Positions 1-9,705 are shown, counted from the first letter of the stretch. The stretch: DNA of 51,416 nucleotides from an uncultured Dehalococcoidia bacterium (GCA_950072105.1 CATMOE010000023.1:1-51416), one strand, 5' to 3'. Notes: a model not told the origin generated them from the letters alone. Numbers and translations are program-made.

Positions 1-159
1 ACCTCAGCGATTTTGCGGGCCAGGTCTGGAGGCCGAGCACCTTTCACTACAACCCTGTAATTCATGTGCTGCCACCGGTTACTTCCGGTACTTTGAGGAC
101 TAGGATGAACAGCCCGGCATCCGACTTCATAACCGAAACCTGATTCCTTCTCTGAGCAT

Positions 160-366
160 CTATTGACATCTTTCTCCATCGGGGGCTTGGAGCATCGACT
201 TCAAGTCATCGTGATCGATCCGCCAGTCGCCACCGGGAAGCCTGTACCCTTTCAGCTTTCCAGCCTTGAGCCAGCGACGAACCGACTTGGCTTCCACCAG
301 TAGTTGCTCCGCTGCTTGTTGAACCGTAAGAAAGCGGAAATTATGAGCGGTCTCCATATGTTTCAT
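160..366 (-). CDS. Excisionase-family (HTH_17/MerR-like) DNA-binding protein, possible recombination directionality factor
   Basis: LTVQQAAEQL...SVRRWLKAGKLKGYRLPGGDWRI is the typical Xis-like winged-HTH pattern. Confidence 0.85.
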   Translation of the reverse strand: MKHMETAHNFRFLTVQQAAEQLLVEAKSVRRWLKAGKLKGYRLPGGDWRIDHDDLKSMLQAPDGERCQ

Positions 367-512
367 CTCCGTTCTTTGGTCCTTATTGGTTTACTAAGGT
401 CTATGAAAGCACATTGGGGGTGTAAAATAAGGGGGTACAATTTGCACCGCCAAAGGGAGGGGAGCTTACGGCTCTGGAAGCTGACGAACGAGGCACGTCA
501 GAAGAGTTGGAA

Positions 513-1079
513 ATGGCGGTCCGTGTTCTAGGAGAACGCGGTTTTGTAGCTGTCTGTGGCAGTGATCGGACGGTAGAACTCCGAGAAAACGCGGAACTCA
601 GATACCAACTGGAAACGGTCAAGAGAAGACGCAAACTAAAACGGCAGGACCCAGTGGATGATGGGGGTGCTAGGGCCGGTCGCCCCCTCTCCGTAGAGCG
701 AAAGATAGCAAGAAATTGCGCTTTATCGGGAACCCCGTATGTCATTGGCCTCTACATAGCCAAGGGGATAGCGGAGGAATTCTCAGCCGCGCCCGAGTAC
801 AGGAAGCTAAAATACGCTTTTGACCGCGAATACAGGACACATCGGGTCAATCCACCGGCAGCACCAACTGGATGGTCGAATTATTCGCTAGGTGGCCTAG
901 ACGCGGCTGGATGGCCCACAGGATGGGAGCAGGGGTGGAGGCCAGATTTGATCTGCTGGATATGTGGTGGTTTGGTGGAGGATGTATACCGCCGGGCACT
1001 CATGAATGGGGAATATGGTGTCGAGTGGTATCCGGTCCACTCGAAGTGCGGGGAAGAGGCGGCAAAACAATTGGACTAA
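513..1079 (+). CDS. Hypothetical protein with possible C-terminal Zn-binding motif (CWIC...HSKC)
   Basis: Longest ORF between the Xis-like gene and the recombinase; no family recognised. Confidence 0.5.
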   Translation: MAVRVLGERGFVAVCGSDRTVELRENAELRYQLETVKRRRKLKRQDPVDDGGARAGRPLSVERKIARNCALSGTPYVIGLYIAKGIAEEFSAAPEYRKLKYAFDREYRTHRVNPPAAPTGWSNYSLGGLDAAGWPTGWEQGWRPDLICWICGGLVEDVYRRALMNGEYGVEWYPVHSKCGEEAAKQLD

Positions 1080-1141
1080 GTCATACTGTCTGGTTTTGGA
1101 ATCTGGAGCCAACGCCGTCCCTACAAATGGCCGAGTGTCAA

Positions 1142-2587
1142 TCAGGGCCTGAACGTCAGTTCTATCCGCCCATCCTTGAAAACGTGCGCCGCTTTAATGA
1201 TGCCCTGAAGGATGGCCTTGGCCTGGGGCACCTCCATATCCCGGAAGTCCTCCACAAATGACCGCACTTTCACCGGAACGGCGGCGGCTTGGGCTTCCAT
1301 GTCCTGCTGGGCGGCAACGCTGGCCTCTAGCTCGGCCTTGCGGGGCTGCAACCCCTCTTGTTCCTGGCGGCGGACCTCTTGGCGCTTCAGGTATTCCGAC
1401 TCGGTCATGATTTCCCGGTCTACCCGGTCCAGGTCATTTAGAAAGCCCCGCTCCAACTCAGCCAACCGGGCATTTACCCGGGTAAGCTCGGTTTCATCGC
1501 GGTTGTCCGTTTCTTGGCCCTGGGCGTCTAACAACTCCCGGACCATATCGGGGTCGGAATACTGGTTCAGATGCTCCAATATGGCTTCTTCCAAGGCCCC
1601 CTGGCGGTGATTCCGGCCCTCGGAGCATAGCTCCCGGGCCATTTTCCGGCCGGTGCAAGTGTAGTAACGGTGCTTTCCCTTGTTCTCACCAGACATGGCA
1701 GCGCCGCAATGGCCGCAGCGGAGTATCCCAGATAGCAGATAAACACTGTTACCCATGTTGCCCCGGTGCTGGCCCTCTCGCCGTATGGTAAGCCGCTGTT
1801 GGAGGTTGTCCCACTCTTCGGCACTGAGGATGGCTGGGTAAGCGCCTTCGTTGACGATAGGCTCTCCAAGATGACCCTTGAACACCGGGTTACCGGCCAT
1901 AGCCGGATTCAACAGTATCAATTTCAAGGATTGGGCCGCGAAGAAGGACCCTAGTTTTGTCCGGTATCCCTGGCGGTTCAATTCATCGGCCATCGCCTTG
2001 TATCCCATGTTGCGGACGGTCGCCAATTGATAGGCCAGGCGGACAGCTGCGGCCTCTTCCGGCACCTGTTCGACGTGGACACCGTCCCGGTCATGTACCT
2101 TGACGTAACCAAACGGCAACTTGCTCACCAGCTTCCCCCTTGAGGCGGCTTCCCGGAGGGCCAGGCGTACCCGTTCTGACGTGCGCTTTGATTCCTGACC
2201 AGCAATCCCCGCACGGACAAGCAATAGCAATTCTTCACGTAAATCCTCGTTGACGCTCTGGACGGTGGTCCCGCCCTCTTGCAATTCCCAATAGCGGCGT
2301 AAGATCTCCCTTGGGTTACGGCCAAAGCGGTCAAGGAAAAGCACCACAACGTTGCCGATGCCTTCTTGGGCGACGTGTTCCAGCATCTTTCGGTATTCCC
2401 GCCGGTCATCCTTTCGGCCGCTCGCAACGTCGGTAAAGGTAGCGGTTGGGTCGAGGTGGTTTGTCCGGCAGTAGTTCTGGAAAGAGGCTTGCTGGACTTC
2501 CAGGGATACGTGGCGCTCCCCGGCTTGCCCAGGGGAGGATACTCTGAAGTAGCCGACGGCGGTGGCGGTATCTATAACGGTGGGCAT
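1142..2587 (-). CDS. Large serine recombinase (resolvase + recombinase + Zn-ribbon/coiled coil)
   Basis: GYFRVSS catalytic motif, DRFGRN, PFGY, YLLSGILRCGHCG...YYTC...C; start placed at ATG 2587 (GAGG upstream) because ATG 2614 lies 1 nt after the predicted -10. Confidence 0.95.
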   Translation of the reverse strand: MPTVIDTATAVGYFRVSSPGQAGERHVSLEVQQASFQNYCRTNHLDPTATFTDVASGRKDDRREYRKMLEHVAQEGIGNVVVLFLDRFGRNPREILRRYWELQEGGTTVQSVNEDLREELLLLVRAGIAGQESKRTSERVRLALREAASRGKLVSKLPFGYVKVHDRDGVHVEQVPEEAAAVRLAYQLATVRNMGYKAMADELNRQGYRTKLGSFFAAQSLKLILLNPAMAGNPVFKGHLGEPIVNEGAYPAILSAEEWDNLQQRLTIRREGQHRGNMGNSVYLLSGILRCGHCGAAMSGENKGKHRYYTCTGRKMARELCSEGRNHRQGALEEAILEHLNQYSDPDMVRELLDAQGQETDNRDETELTRVNARLAELERGFLNDLDRVDREIMTESEYLKRQEVRRQEQEGLQPRKAELEASVAAQQDMEAQAAAVPVKVRSFVEDFRDMEVPQAKAILQGIIKAAHVFKDGRIELTFRP

Positions 2588-2615
2588 GGCAGCCTCGATA
2601 AACCGGGATGCCATG

Positions 2616-2644
2616 ATTCTATCAGATAGAGAGCCTTATATCAA
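2616..2644 (-). promoter_or_regulatory. sigma70-like promoter for the recombinase, on the element side of the att junction
   Basis: TTGATA-17 nt-TAGAAT with extended -10 TG, overlapping the inverted repeat TCTATC-T-GATAGA. Confidence 0.6.
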
Positions 2645-3418
2645 TGTATCTGTGCCTACCATCATGCCTTCTATGGTAAGGCGGGACCGGTCCAGGGCCA
2701 CGGCCAGGCCGAAGTCACCGATCTTGGCTATGCCGTCTGAAGTTAGCCAGACGTTGCCCGGCTTCAAGTCCCGGTGGACGATGCCCCGGCTGTGAGCGAA
2801 CTCCATCCCCCGGCAGGCTTCTTGGGCGATTTTGATTGCTTGTTCCAGGGGCAGCCGGTGGTTCTCGGCATCTTCAATAATCCCTTCCACGTCTCCGCCA
2901 CCCATGAGTTCGGTGACCATGTATGGCTGGTCCCCTTCTTCGCCGAGATCGAAAACGGTGACGATATGGGCATGGGAGCCGAGGCGGCCCATGGCCTGGG
3001 CTTCACGTTGTATCCGGGTGCGGGAGGTCTCGTCCAGACCATCAGTCTTGATCAGCGCGAAAGCCACTTCCCGGTCCAACGTTGTGTCGTGGGCCAGGTA
3101 CACTTTTTTCTTGCCTCCTTCGCCCAGGAACCGCTTGACCTGGTAACGGCCGTTGGCGAAGGAGGTGGGTTGGTCTGGTGTTGTGGCGGGAGTCGTAGTA
3201 AGTGTGGGAGCTGTATGAGTAACGGTCGTCGGAGCAGTTGAACCGCCCAGTGCCCGTTCCGCCGCGGCCAGGAAGGTGAGGGCGTCTTGGTTGTTGGGGT
3301 CAAGAGCTAGAACAGCTTGGGAGCGGTCGCGGACCTGCTCCCAGTTGAGCTCCCTCATCGCCTCGTCCACCTCGTCCAAGAGGCGGTCTATGCGACCCTG
3401 GATTCGCTCGCTGGCCAT
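2636..3418 (-). pseudogene. Ser/Thr protein kinase, 5' fragment interrupted in the activation loop
   Basis: LGEGG..VY, VAFALIK, HRDLKPGN and KIGDFGLA present, but ends GMMVGT-DTLI* where xxYMxPEQ and the C-lobe should follow. Confidence 0.85.
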
Positions 3419-3477
3419 TATGAGGGAATAGTAGCTTCGGGGAGGCGGATTGTCCATCGACGGGTCAAGCGGGGAAT

Positions 3478-3962
3478 TTAGGATTCCTGCCTGAGTTGCT
3501 CCAATACAAGGATGTCGGTAGGGAAGGCCAAATTTTCCGGCAAGGCATCCAGCGGAAAGTAGTCGGCAGCGTCCAGGTCATCTGCGGCCTGTAGGCTCCC
3601 GGCAATGACGTTGCCACGGAACCAGATGCCCACGTAAGGGACTGAGGGTTGTGAAAATTGGAGTGCACGGTATAGACGGGTCCAACCTCTACCTGAAGTC
3701 CTGTTTCCTCCAAGAACTCCCGTTTAGCCCCGGCCCGCACTTCCTCTCCCCACTCCAGATAGCCACAAGGGATACACCAGGCCCCTTTGTACGGCCCGCG
3801 GGCACGGCGGCCGAGGAGGATCGTTCGCCTTTTTTGAACAATCACCGCCACTCCTACAGTGGGATTTCGGTAAAAGATGTAGCCACATCCCTGGCATACC
3901 AAACGTCCATTTAGCGTATGTAGCCGGTCGCCACACTTTGGGCAGAACTGGAATTCGGTCAC
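3478..3962 (-). pseudogene. Zn-ribbon NUDIX hydrolase with a one-base frameshift near 3633
   Basis: FCPKCG...CQGCG, Nudix box [23 protein letters not shown]; the natural C-terminus (VGIWFRG...[25 protein letters not shown]) continues in another frame. Confidence 0.75.
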
Positions 3963-4147
3963 TGATCTCTCCCAATGTCTTTGATTTAAAGCGCGTGGAC
4001 TCTGCTCGCCATGGAGGCATCGCCGGTCCGCGACCTCAGACCGTTGCTGGAGCATCAGCATTGTATACTGGCCTCTCTCAGGGCGTTACCGCGGAACAAG
4101 CGGAGTGGCCTAATGTCCCAACGGGGCAGATAGATCAGAATCGCCGA

Positions 4148-5290
4148 ATGGCGGGGGCCGAAATTTTGATTTCAAAGAACGCGGATGTAGTTATCGTGGG
4201 TGGCGGAGTGATCGGTTGCTCCATCGCTTATCAATTGGCGAAACAAGGTATTAGGGCCACCGTGCTGGAACGCGGACGATTCGGCTCGGGCGCGTCGGGC
4301 GCCACCGCCGGCGTGATCGGCCCTCTTTGGCATTTGGACCCGGCCCACAAGGCCGTTTTCGGCCTGGGCATCCGGAGTCTGGACTTGTTCCCACTACTGG
4401 CGAGTGAGCTGGCCGAGGGCGGGGTCGATCCCGAGTTCCAGCACCGCGGTATCCTAAAGGTAGCATTTACACCGGCACAGGTTGACGAGCTAAAACGAAA
4501 CCTCACGTGGCAGGGTGAGCTTGGGTTAGGCGTCAGGTGGCTGGATGCGCCGGAGATTCGGGAGCTGGAACCGGAGGTGAGTGACGGACTCCTAGGAGGC
4601 GTCTTTTCGCCTAGGGAAGGGTGCGTCAATGGGGAGCGATTAGTGGACGCTTTGGTCCATGCCGCCACCGGCCTGGGGGCTGTGTTCCTGGAAGAAACTG
4701 AGGTAATCGGCTTAGAAACCTCTGGGCAAAGCGTCGTCGGAGTGCGTACTCTAACCGGCTCTTATCAGTGTGGCCACACTGTGCTGGCGGCGGGCCCGTG
4801 GACGGGCATTCCCGGTCGTTGGTTGCCGCAAGCCTTGCCGATCAGTCCGGTTAAAGGACAGCGTATCCTACTTCGCAAACCCGGATTTCTTCCCAAATGT
4901 CCGGTTCGCAGCTTCGAGGGATACGTGGTGCCTCAGGCCGATAGCAGCCTATTAGTAGCAGCGACCCGTGAAGAGGGCGCCTTCGACGTTCGGATCACCG
5001 TTGATGCTATCCGGCAGCTGCTGGCCACGGCGATCGGACTGTTCCCGGCCTTAGAAGACGCCTCTTTTGTGGGCGCCCGAGCCGGGGTCAGGCCGGGGTC
5101 ACCAGACGGAATCCCAATCATGGGGCCCCTGCCCGGCTGGGATGGAGTCAGCATAGCCTGCGGGCACGATCATGCCGGGGTCATGTTGAGCCCAGGTAGC
5201 GCCGAGCTGGTAGCTCGCTACATATTAGATGGAGACCCTCGCTCGCTGGAGGCCTTTAGTATCTCCCGGTTCGATGCACCGGCAAGTTAA
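4148..5290 (+). CDS. FAD-dependent oxidoreductase, glycine oxidase ThiO/DAO family
   Basis: DVVIVGGGVIG, ASGATAG, PVKGQ, GVRPGSPDGIPIMG, GHDHAGVMLSP; start codon uncertain (4148 or 4166). Confidence 0.85.
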   Translation: MAGAEILISKNADVVIVGGGVIGCSIAYQLAKQGIRATVLERGRFGSGASGATAGVIGPLWHLDPAHKAVFGLGIRSLDLFPLLASELAEGGVDPEFQHRGILKVAFTPAQVDELKRNLTWQGELGLGVRWLDAPEIRELEPEVSDGLLGGVFSPREGCVNGERLVDALVHAATGLGAVFLEETEVIGLETSGQSVVGVRTLTGSYQCGHTVLAAGPWTGIPGRWLPQALPISPVKGQRILLRKPGFLPKCPVRSFEGYVVPQADSSLLVAATREEGAFDVRITVDAIRQLLATAIGLFPALEDASFVGARAGVRPGSPDGIPIMGPLPGWDGVSIACGHDHAGVMLSPGSAELVARYILDGDPRSLEAFSISRFDAPAS

Positions 5291-5299
5291 TGATTATTC

Positions 5300-5758
5300 T
5301 CAGGCTAGGGTCGCCAGAGTCTCGTTTTGCTGCTCTACGGTCGCCAAGTCTGGCAACAGCTTTAACACCAGACCATCTTCATCGATGATGACGGCCGGCC
5401 GCCTACCTTCGGCTGAGTTGGCTAGGTATTGGCTATCACCCTCTTTTGACATGCCGTAAGCCAGGGCGATGGACCGGTCCGGGTCGGATAAAACCGGGAA
5501 AGGCAGCCCTTCCTTCTCTACCCATGCCCGGGCCGATTCCGGGTCCCGGTCATTGACCCCAAATATCCGGATGTTTTTGTTCTGGAAGTCTGAAAGGTTG
5601 TCACGGTACCCGTGACTATGGCGAGTTCAATTATTGCCTCCCGGTGAGGAGAAGAACCATAGCCAGACCTTCTGCCCTTTAAGGTCTGACAGCTTAACCA
5701 CGTTTCCCGCATGGTCCATCGCCGAAAACTCCGGAGCCAGGTCCCCTTCTTTAAGCAC
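5300..5758 (-). CDS. Bcp/PrxQ-like peroxiredoxin-fold selenoprotein (Sec at codon 44)
   Basis: GGAGGG RBS + GTG; continuous AhpC/TSA-type frame (KGDLAPEF...KLSDLKGQKVWLWFF...LPFPVLSDPDR...RPAVIIDEDG) with one TGA (5627-5629) at the peroxidatic position; SECIS-like hairpin follows. Confidence 0.8.
5600..5616 (-). promoter_or_regulatory. Candidate bacterial SECIS hairpin
   Basis: GTCACG-GGTAC-CGTGAC starting 10 nt after the in-frame TGA; G-first apical loop ~16 nt from UGA. Confidence 0.6.
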
Positions 5759-6012
5759 GTTATTTCCCTCCATGATGCTGCTTGGTGTTGCGTTCAGGTA
5801 GTGACACTGAGGAATAGTTACCCTTTAGGCTCGATGTGATTCTCTTCTTGACTGAACTCGCGCCTAAGGGTTAGGAAGATGATGGTTGCCCATCATCCAA
5901 AGGCTAGCATATACTCTCATTACCTCGTTGGCCTAGATCAAGATGAGATGACACGGGAAATTCCGGATCGATCGAGCTACCACCTGATCTCTCATCGAAA
6001 GGAGAATCGCCC

Positions 6013-7425
6013 ATGGCGAATAATGAAATACAACTGATGGCCCACTTGATGCGCCGCGCCGGGTTCGGCGCACCCTTTGAGGAACTAGAGGCGCGAGTGG
6101 CCAAGGGTTACGAAGCCACCGTGGAAGAGTTGCTCCGGGCCGAGGAAAAACCTGACTGGGAAGAGGACGTGGCACGGCGCCATATGATCGGAGGTCACCT
6201 CGGTAACGCCATGCCGGAGATTCAGGGCTTTTGGATGCAGCGGATGATTGCCACCACCCGTCCGTTGCAGGAAAAGATGACCCTGTTCTGGCACACTATA
6301 CTGTGCAGCGGCGACTCCAAATTAGACCACCCCGAGACCATGGACACTCATATAGACATGGTCCGGGAGAAGGCTCTGGGCCGCTATCCAGACCTGTTGG
6401 TGGCCTTGTCCCGGGATCCCGCAATGATTATCTATCTGGACAACAGATACAGCCACAAGGACTCGATCAACGAGAACTATGGCCGGGAATTGCTGGAGCT
6501 TTTCTCCATGGGAGTGGGCAACTACACGGAGGATGACGTCAAGATGGCGGCTCGGGCCTTTACCGGTTGGACCCTGGCGCCCGCCATGAATTCCTTTATT
6601 CCCTACCAACGCCACGCCTTCAAGTTCCAATACGACCCGGAAGACCACGATGACGGTGAGAAGGTGTTCTTGGGCCAAAGAGGACGGTTTAACGGGGACG
6701 ATATTATCAACATCATTGCCAGGCAACCTGCCACCGCCCGGTTCATCGCCCGCCATCTTTACGATTTCTTCGTAGCCGACGAGGTACAGGTACCGGCTTG
6801 GCAGACCACACCGCCCCGGGACCCGGCGGCAGTCAACGTCCTGGCAGATGCCTACCTGCAGTCCGACTACGACATCCGGTCGGTGCTGCGGGTGTTGTTC
6901 AACTCCGACTTCTTTAAGGACGAAAGCGTTTGGTACGCACGGGTGAAGAGCCCGGTGGAGGTCGTGGTTGGCACGATGCGGCTGGTCGGCGATCACTTGA
7001 CGCCCGCTCCTGGGATCGAATCTCTGGTGGGTGCAGCCGGCGGTATGGGGCAGATTCTCCTGAACCCGCCCAGTGTGGAGGGTTGGCACGGCGGTAAAGA
7101 GTGGATCAACAGCGGAGCGTTGGTCAACCGGGTCAATTTCGTCGCCAACCGGGTGGGTGACCTCAGCCTGCCGGGGGTCCAGCGAATCGTGGAGCGTCTT
7201 GGCGACATCACGGAGTCCATTTCCCCCAGTGATTTCGTCGACGGCTGTTTGGAGCTGATGGGTTCCATACGCGTCGAAGAGGACACCCGCCTTGCTTTGA
7301 TCGCTCACGTCGAGCGGGGTGGCCCGCTGGGCCGGGATACTGAAGAGGAGCGCGCCTCCTTCGCCAGGAAGGTGGGGGAGCTGCTCCAGCTGATCGCATC
7401 TTCTCGAGAGTACCAGTTCGCCTAA
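6013..7425 (+). CDS. DUF1800 family protein (copy 1)
   Basis: AHLMRRAGFG, LQEKMTLFWH, PAMIIYLDN, NENYGRELLELFSMG, ARAFTGW, PPSVEGW, EYQFA. Confidence 0.9.
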   Translation: MANNEIQLMAHLMRRAGFGAPFEELEARVAKGYEATVEELLRAEEKPDWEEDVARRHMIGGHLGNAMPEIQGFWMQRMIATTRPLQEKMTLFWHTILCSGDSKLDHPETMDTHIDMVREKALGRYPDLLVALSRDPAMIIYLDNRYSHKDSINENYGRELLELFSMGVGNYTEDDVKMAARAFTGWTLAPAMNSFIPYQRHAFKFQYDPEDHDDGEKVFLGQRGRFNGDDIINIIARQPATARFIARHLYDFFVADEVQVPAWQTTPPRDPAAVNVLADAYLQSDYDIRSVLRVLFNSDFFKDESVWYARVKSPVEVVVGTMRLVGDHLTPAPGIESLVGAAGGMGQILLNPPSVEGWHGGKEWINSGALVNRVNFVANRVGDLSLPGVQRIVERLGDITESISPSDFVDGCLELMGSIRVEEDTRLALIAHVERGGPLGRDTEEERASFARKVGELLQLIASSREYQFA

Positions 7426-7440
7426 ACCAACGGAGGGAGA

Positions 7441-8574
7441 ATGATGACAACTTCCACAAAAGACCCCGTCTTGGTGGTCATTCAGCTATCAGGCGCCAAC
7501 GACTACATGAACACGGTTATACCCTACGCAGACCCACTTTATTATGATTTCCGTCCCGTCGTGTCCATACCCCAGAACGAGGTCGTGCCGATCGACGGCC
7601 AGTTGGCGTTTCATCCTTCGTTATTGCCGCTGAAGGACAAATTCTGGGACACGGGCAAGATGGCCCTCATTCACGGCGCGGGTTATCCCAACCCAAACCG
7701 CTCTCACTTCCGGTCCATGGACATTTGGCACACCTGCGAGCCTGAAATAATGGGCATCGAGGGCTGGTTGGGGAGAGCGATACGCGACCTCGATCCCACT
7801 GCGGAAAATGTCCTGACTGGGGTGAATATTGGTCAGAGTCTGCCCCGGGCCCTGGCAGTGCCTGGTGTCCCAGTGGCATCCGTGGCTAATCTAGAGCAGT
7901 ACGGCGTTCTGACAGGGATCGAAGGGGACAAGGAACGAAACCAAGCGCTGGACGTATTTGCCCGGATGTACACTCCCGCGGTCGGATCGGGCATTGTGAT
8001 GGATTACTTGGCCCAAACCGGACAGGATATCCTCAAGGGCGCCGACATTCTAAAAGTTGCCCCGGCAAAATACTCCTCCACTGTTGAGTACGCTGATAAC
8101 TCGATTGCCCAAGCCCTCAAAGGAATCGCTCAAGTCCACCTAGCTGACCTGGGGACCCGGGTTTTTTACTGCTCACATGCCCTATATGACACGCACGCCA
8201 CCCAGGTGGCCGACCATAAGAAGCTTTGGGACGATCTGGCGCCGGCCGTATGCGACTTCTACGACGACCTACGGGAGCACGACGCGTCAGACAACGTGGT
8301 CATGCTTCTTTTCACTGAGTTCGGCCGCCGGGTGCGCGACAACGGTTCCGGTACAGATCATGGGTCCGGAGGCGGTTCGTTCGTGATCGGAGATCCTATA
8401 AAGGGAGGCATGTACAGCGAATATCCCTCTCTGAAACCGGAAGACCAGTTGGATGGAGACCTCCGTTTTAGTTACGACTTTCGGGGCATTTACTCCACCA
8501 TCTTGGAGCGGTGGTTAGGCCTCGACGCCAAGCCGGTGGTCGGTGGCAGCTTCGAGCAGTTGGATTTCATCTAA
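7441..8574 (+). CDS. DUF1501 family protein (copy 1)
   Basis: LVVIQLSGAND, GYPNPNRSHFRSMDIW, YDTHA, TEFGRR..NGSGTDHG, DFRGIY. Confidence 0.9.
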   Translation: MMTTSTKDPVLVVIQLSGANDYMNTVIPYADPLYYDFRPVVSIPQNEVVPIDGQLAFHPSLLPLKDKFWDTGKMALIHGAGYPNPNRSHFRSMDIWHTCEPEIMGIEGWLGRAIRDLDPTAENVLTGVNIGQSLPRALAVPGVPVASVANLEQYGVLTGIEGDKERNQALDVFARMYTPAVGSGIVMDYLAQTGQDILKGADILKVAPAKYSSTVEYADNSIAQALKGIAQVHLADLGTRVFYCSHALYDTHATQVADHKKLWDDLAPAVCDFYDDLREHDASDNVVMLLFTEFGRRVRDNGSGTDHGSGGGSFVIGDPIKGGMYSEYPSLKPEDQLDGDLRFSYDFRGIYSTILERWLGLDAKPVVGGSFEQLDFI

Positions 8575-8617
8575 CCCCGTCGCGGGTTTGTTGGTATCAG
8601 ATAGCCGCGAGGAAGAA

Positions 8618-9598
8618 ATGACGACGCAAGCAAAGGTTACTCGAGATTTTCGTTACGACGTTACCCTGGGCCGCACCAATCTATCGGGAATTGGATTCCG
8701 TAATCCGGTAGATCTGGCCATGGGCAAGGGTGGCAACATCTACGTGATCAACCGCGCCAACGAGGCGCAGCCCTTCGGCACCAGAATCTCATGGCTGGAC
8801 GTTAACCAGGATTTCCACGGTGAATTCGGCCAACGGGGCACCGAGGACGGGCAATTTATCTGGCCTCTCTCCATTGCCGTGGCGCCAGACGATCGGGTAT
8901 TTGTCGCCGACGAGTGGCTGAGCCGCATCGTAATTTTCAGCCGGGAAGGCCAGCCCCAGGGAACCTGGGGAACGAAAGGTAGTGGCGACGGCGAGCTGGA
9001 CGGCCCATCTGGCCTGGTCTTCGATTCCGAGGGCAACCTCCTGGTATCGGACGGCAACAACCATCGCATACAAAGATTCACACCCGAAGGCGTGCTAATA
9101 TCCGGGTTTGGCACATTCGGCGCCGGCGAAGGACAGCTCAATCAGCCTTGGGGAATCACGGTTAACCACCAGGGAGCCATATTCGTGGCCGACTGGCGCA
9201 ACGACCGCATTCAGAAGTTCACACCTGAAGGCCAGTTCCTGCTTCAGATCGGGACATCTGGATCTGGGGAGGGTCAGCTCAATCGGCCCACCGGAGTGGC
9301 GGTTGACCGGGACGGGGATATTTACGTCACCGACTGGCTGAACGACCGGGTCCAAGTCTTTGACGCTCAGGGTAACTTTGTTACTTCGTGGACCGGAGAT
9401 GCCAATCTCTCCAAGTGGGCCGAGCTTCAACTGGCCGGTAGCCCGGACGTCGTCGAGCAGCGGGACACCGTTCCAGACATGTTAGAGATGGAGAAGCGGT
9501 TCCGGGAACCCATCGCGGTGGAGGTGGATGAAGAGAACCGCATCATGGTCGTTGACTGCCGCCGCGACCGCATCCAGGTCTACAAGAAAGTATCTTGA
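8618..9598 (+). CDS. NHL-repeat beta-propeller protein (copy 1)
   Basis: Repeated G.G.GQL..P.G+AV...G.IYV.DW.N.RIQ.F units. Confidence 0.9.
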   Translation: MTTQAKVTRDFRYDVTLGRTNLSGIGFRNPVDLAMGKGGNIYVINRANEAQPFGTRISWLDVNQDFHGEFGQRGTEDGQFIWPLSIAVAPDDRVFVADEWLSRIVIFSREGQPQGTWGTKGSGDGELDGPSGLVFDSEGNLLVSDGNNHRIQRFTPEGVLISGFGTFGAGEGQLNQPWGITVNHQGAIFVADWRNDRIQKFTPEGQFLLQIGTSGSGEGQLNRPTGVAVDRDGDIYVTDWLNDRVQVFDAQGNFVTSWTGDANLSKWAELQLAGSPDVVEQRDTVPDMLEMEKRFREPIAVEVDEENRIMVVDCRRDRIQVYKKVS

Positions 9599-9705
9599 TC
9601 TCCCGGCTTTGGCGAGCCGCGCGCATTTCATCGCGAGCAAGATCAACGAAGATCAACACGGAACGATAGGTCTCAGGCGGTGATTGCCTGCCGATCGTCG
9701 AAGGA

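Larger units (their letters stand above)
1..2650. mobile_element. End of an integrated element carrying a large serine recombinase and an excisionase-like HTH gene; continues beyond the left edge
   Basis: Serine recombinase abuts a Ser/Thr kinase gene that is cut off at ~2650; Xis-like HTH gene and a hypothetical gene follow. Confidence 0.75.

Noticed and set aside
1..159. Tiny minus-strand ORFs downstream of the excisionase-like gene
   Set aside because: 10-22 codons or truncated by the window edge; cannot be supported
6322..7308. 328-aa antisense ORF, and similar shadow ORFs elsewhere (e.g. 29387..30130, 40191..40931)
   Set aside because: Opposite-strand shadows of well-supported genes in GC-rich DNA
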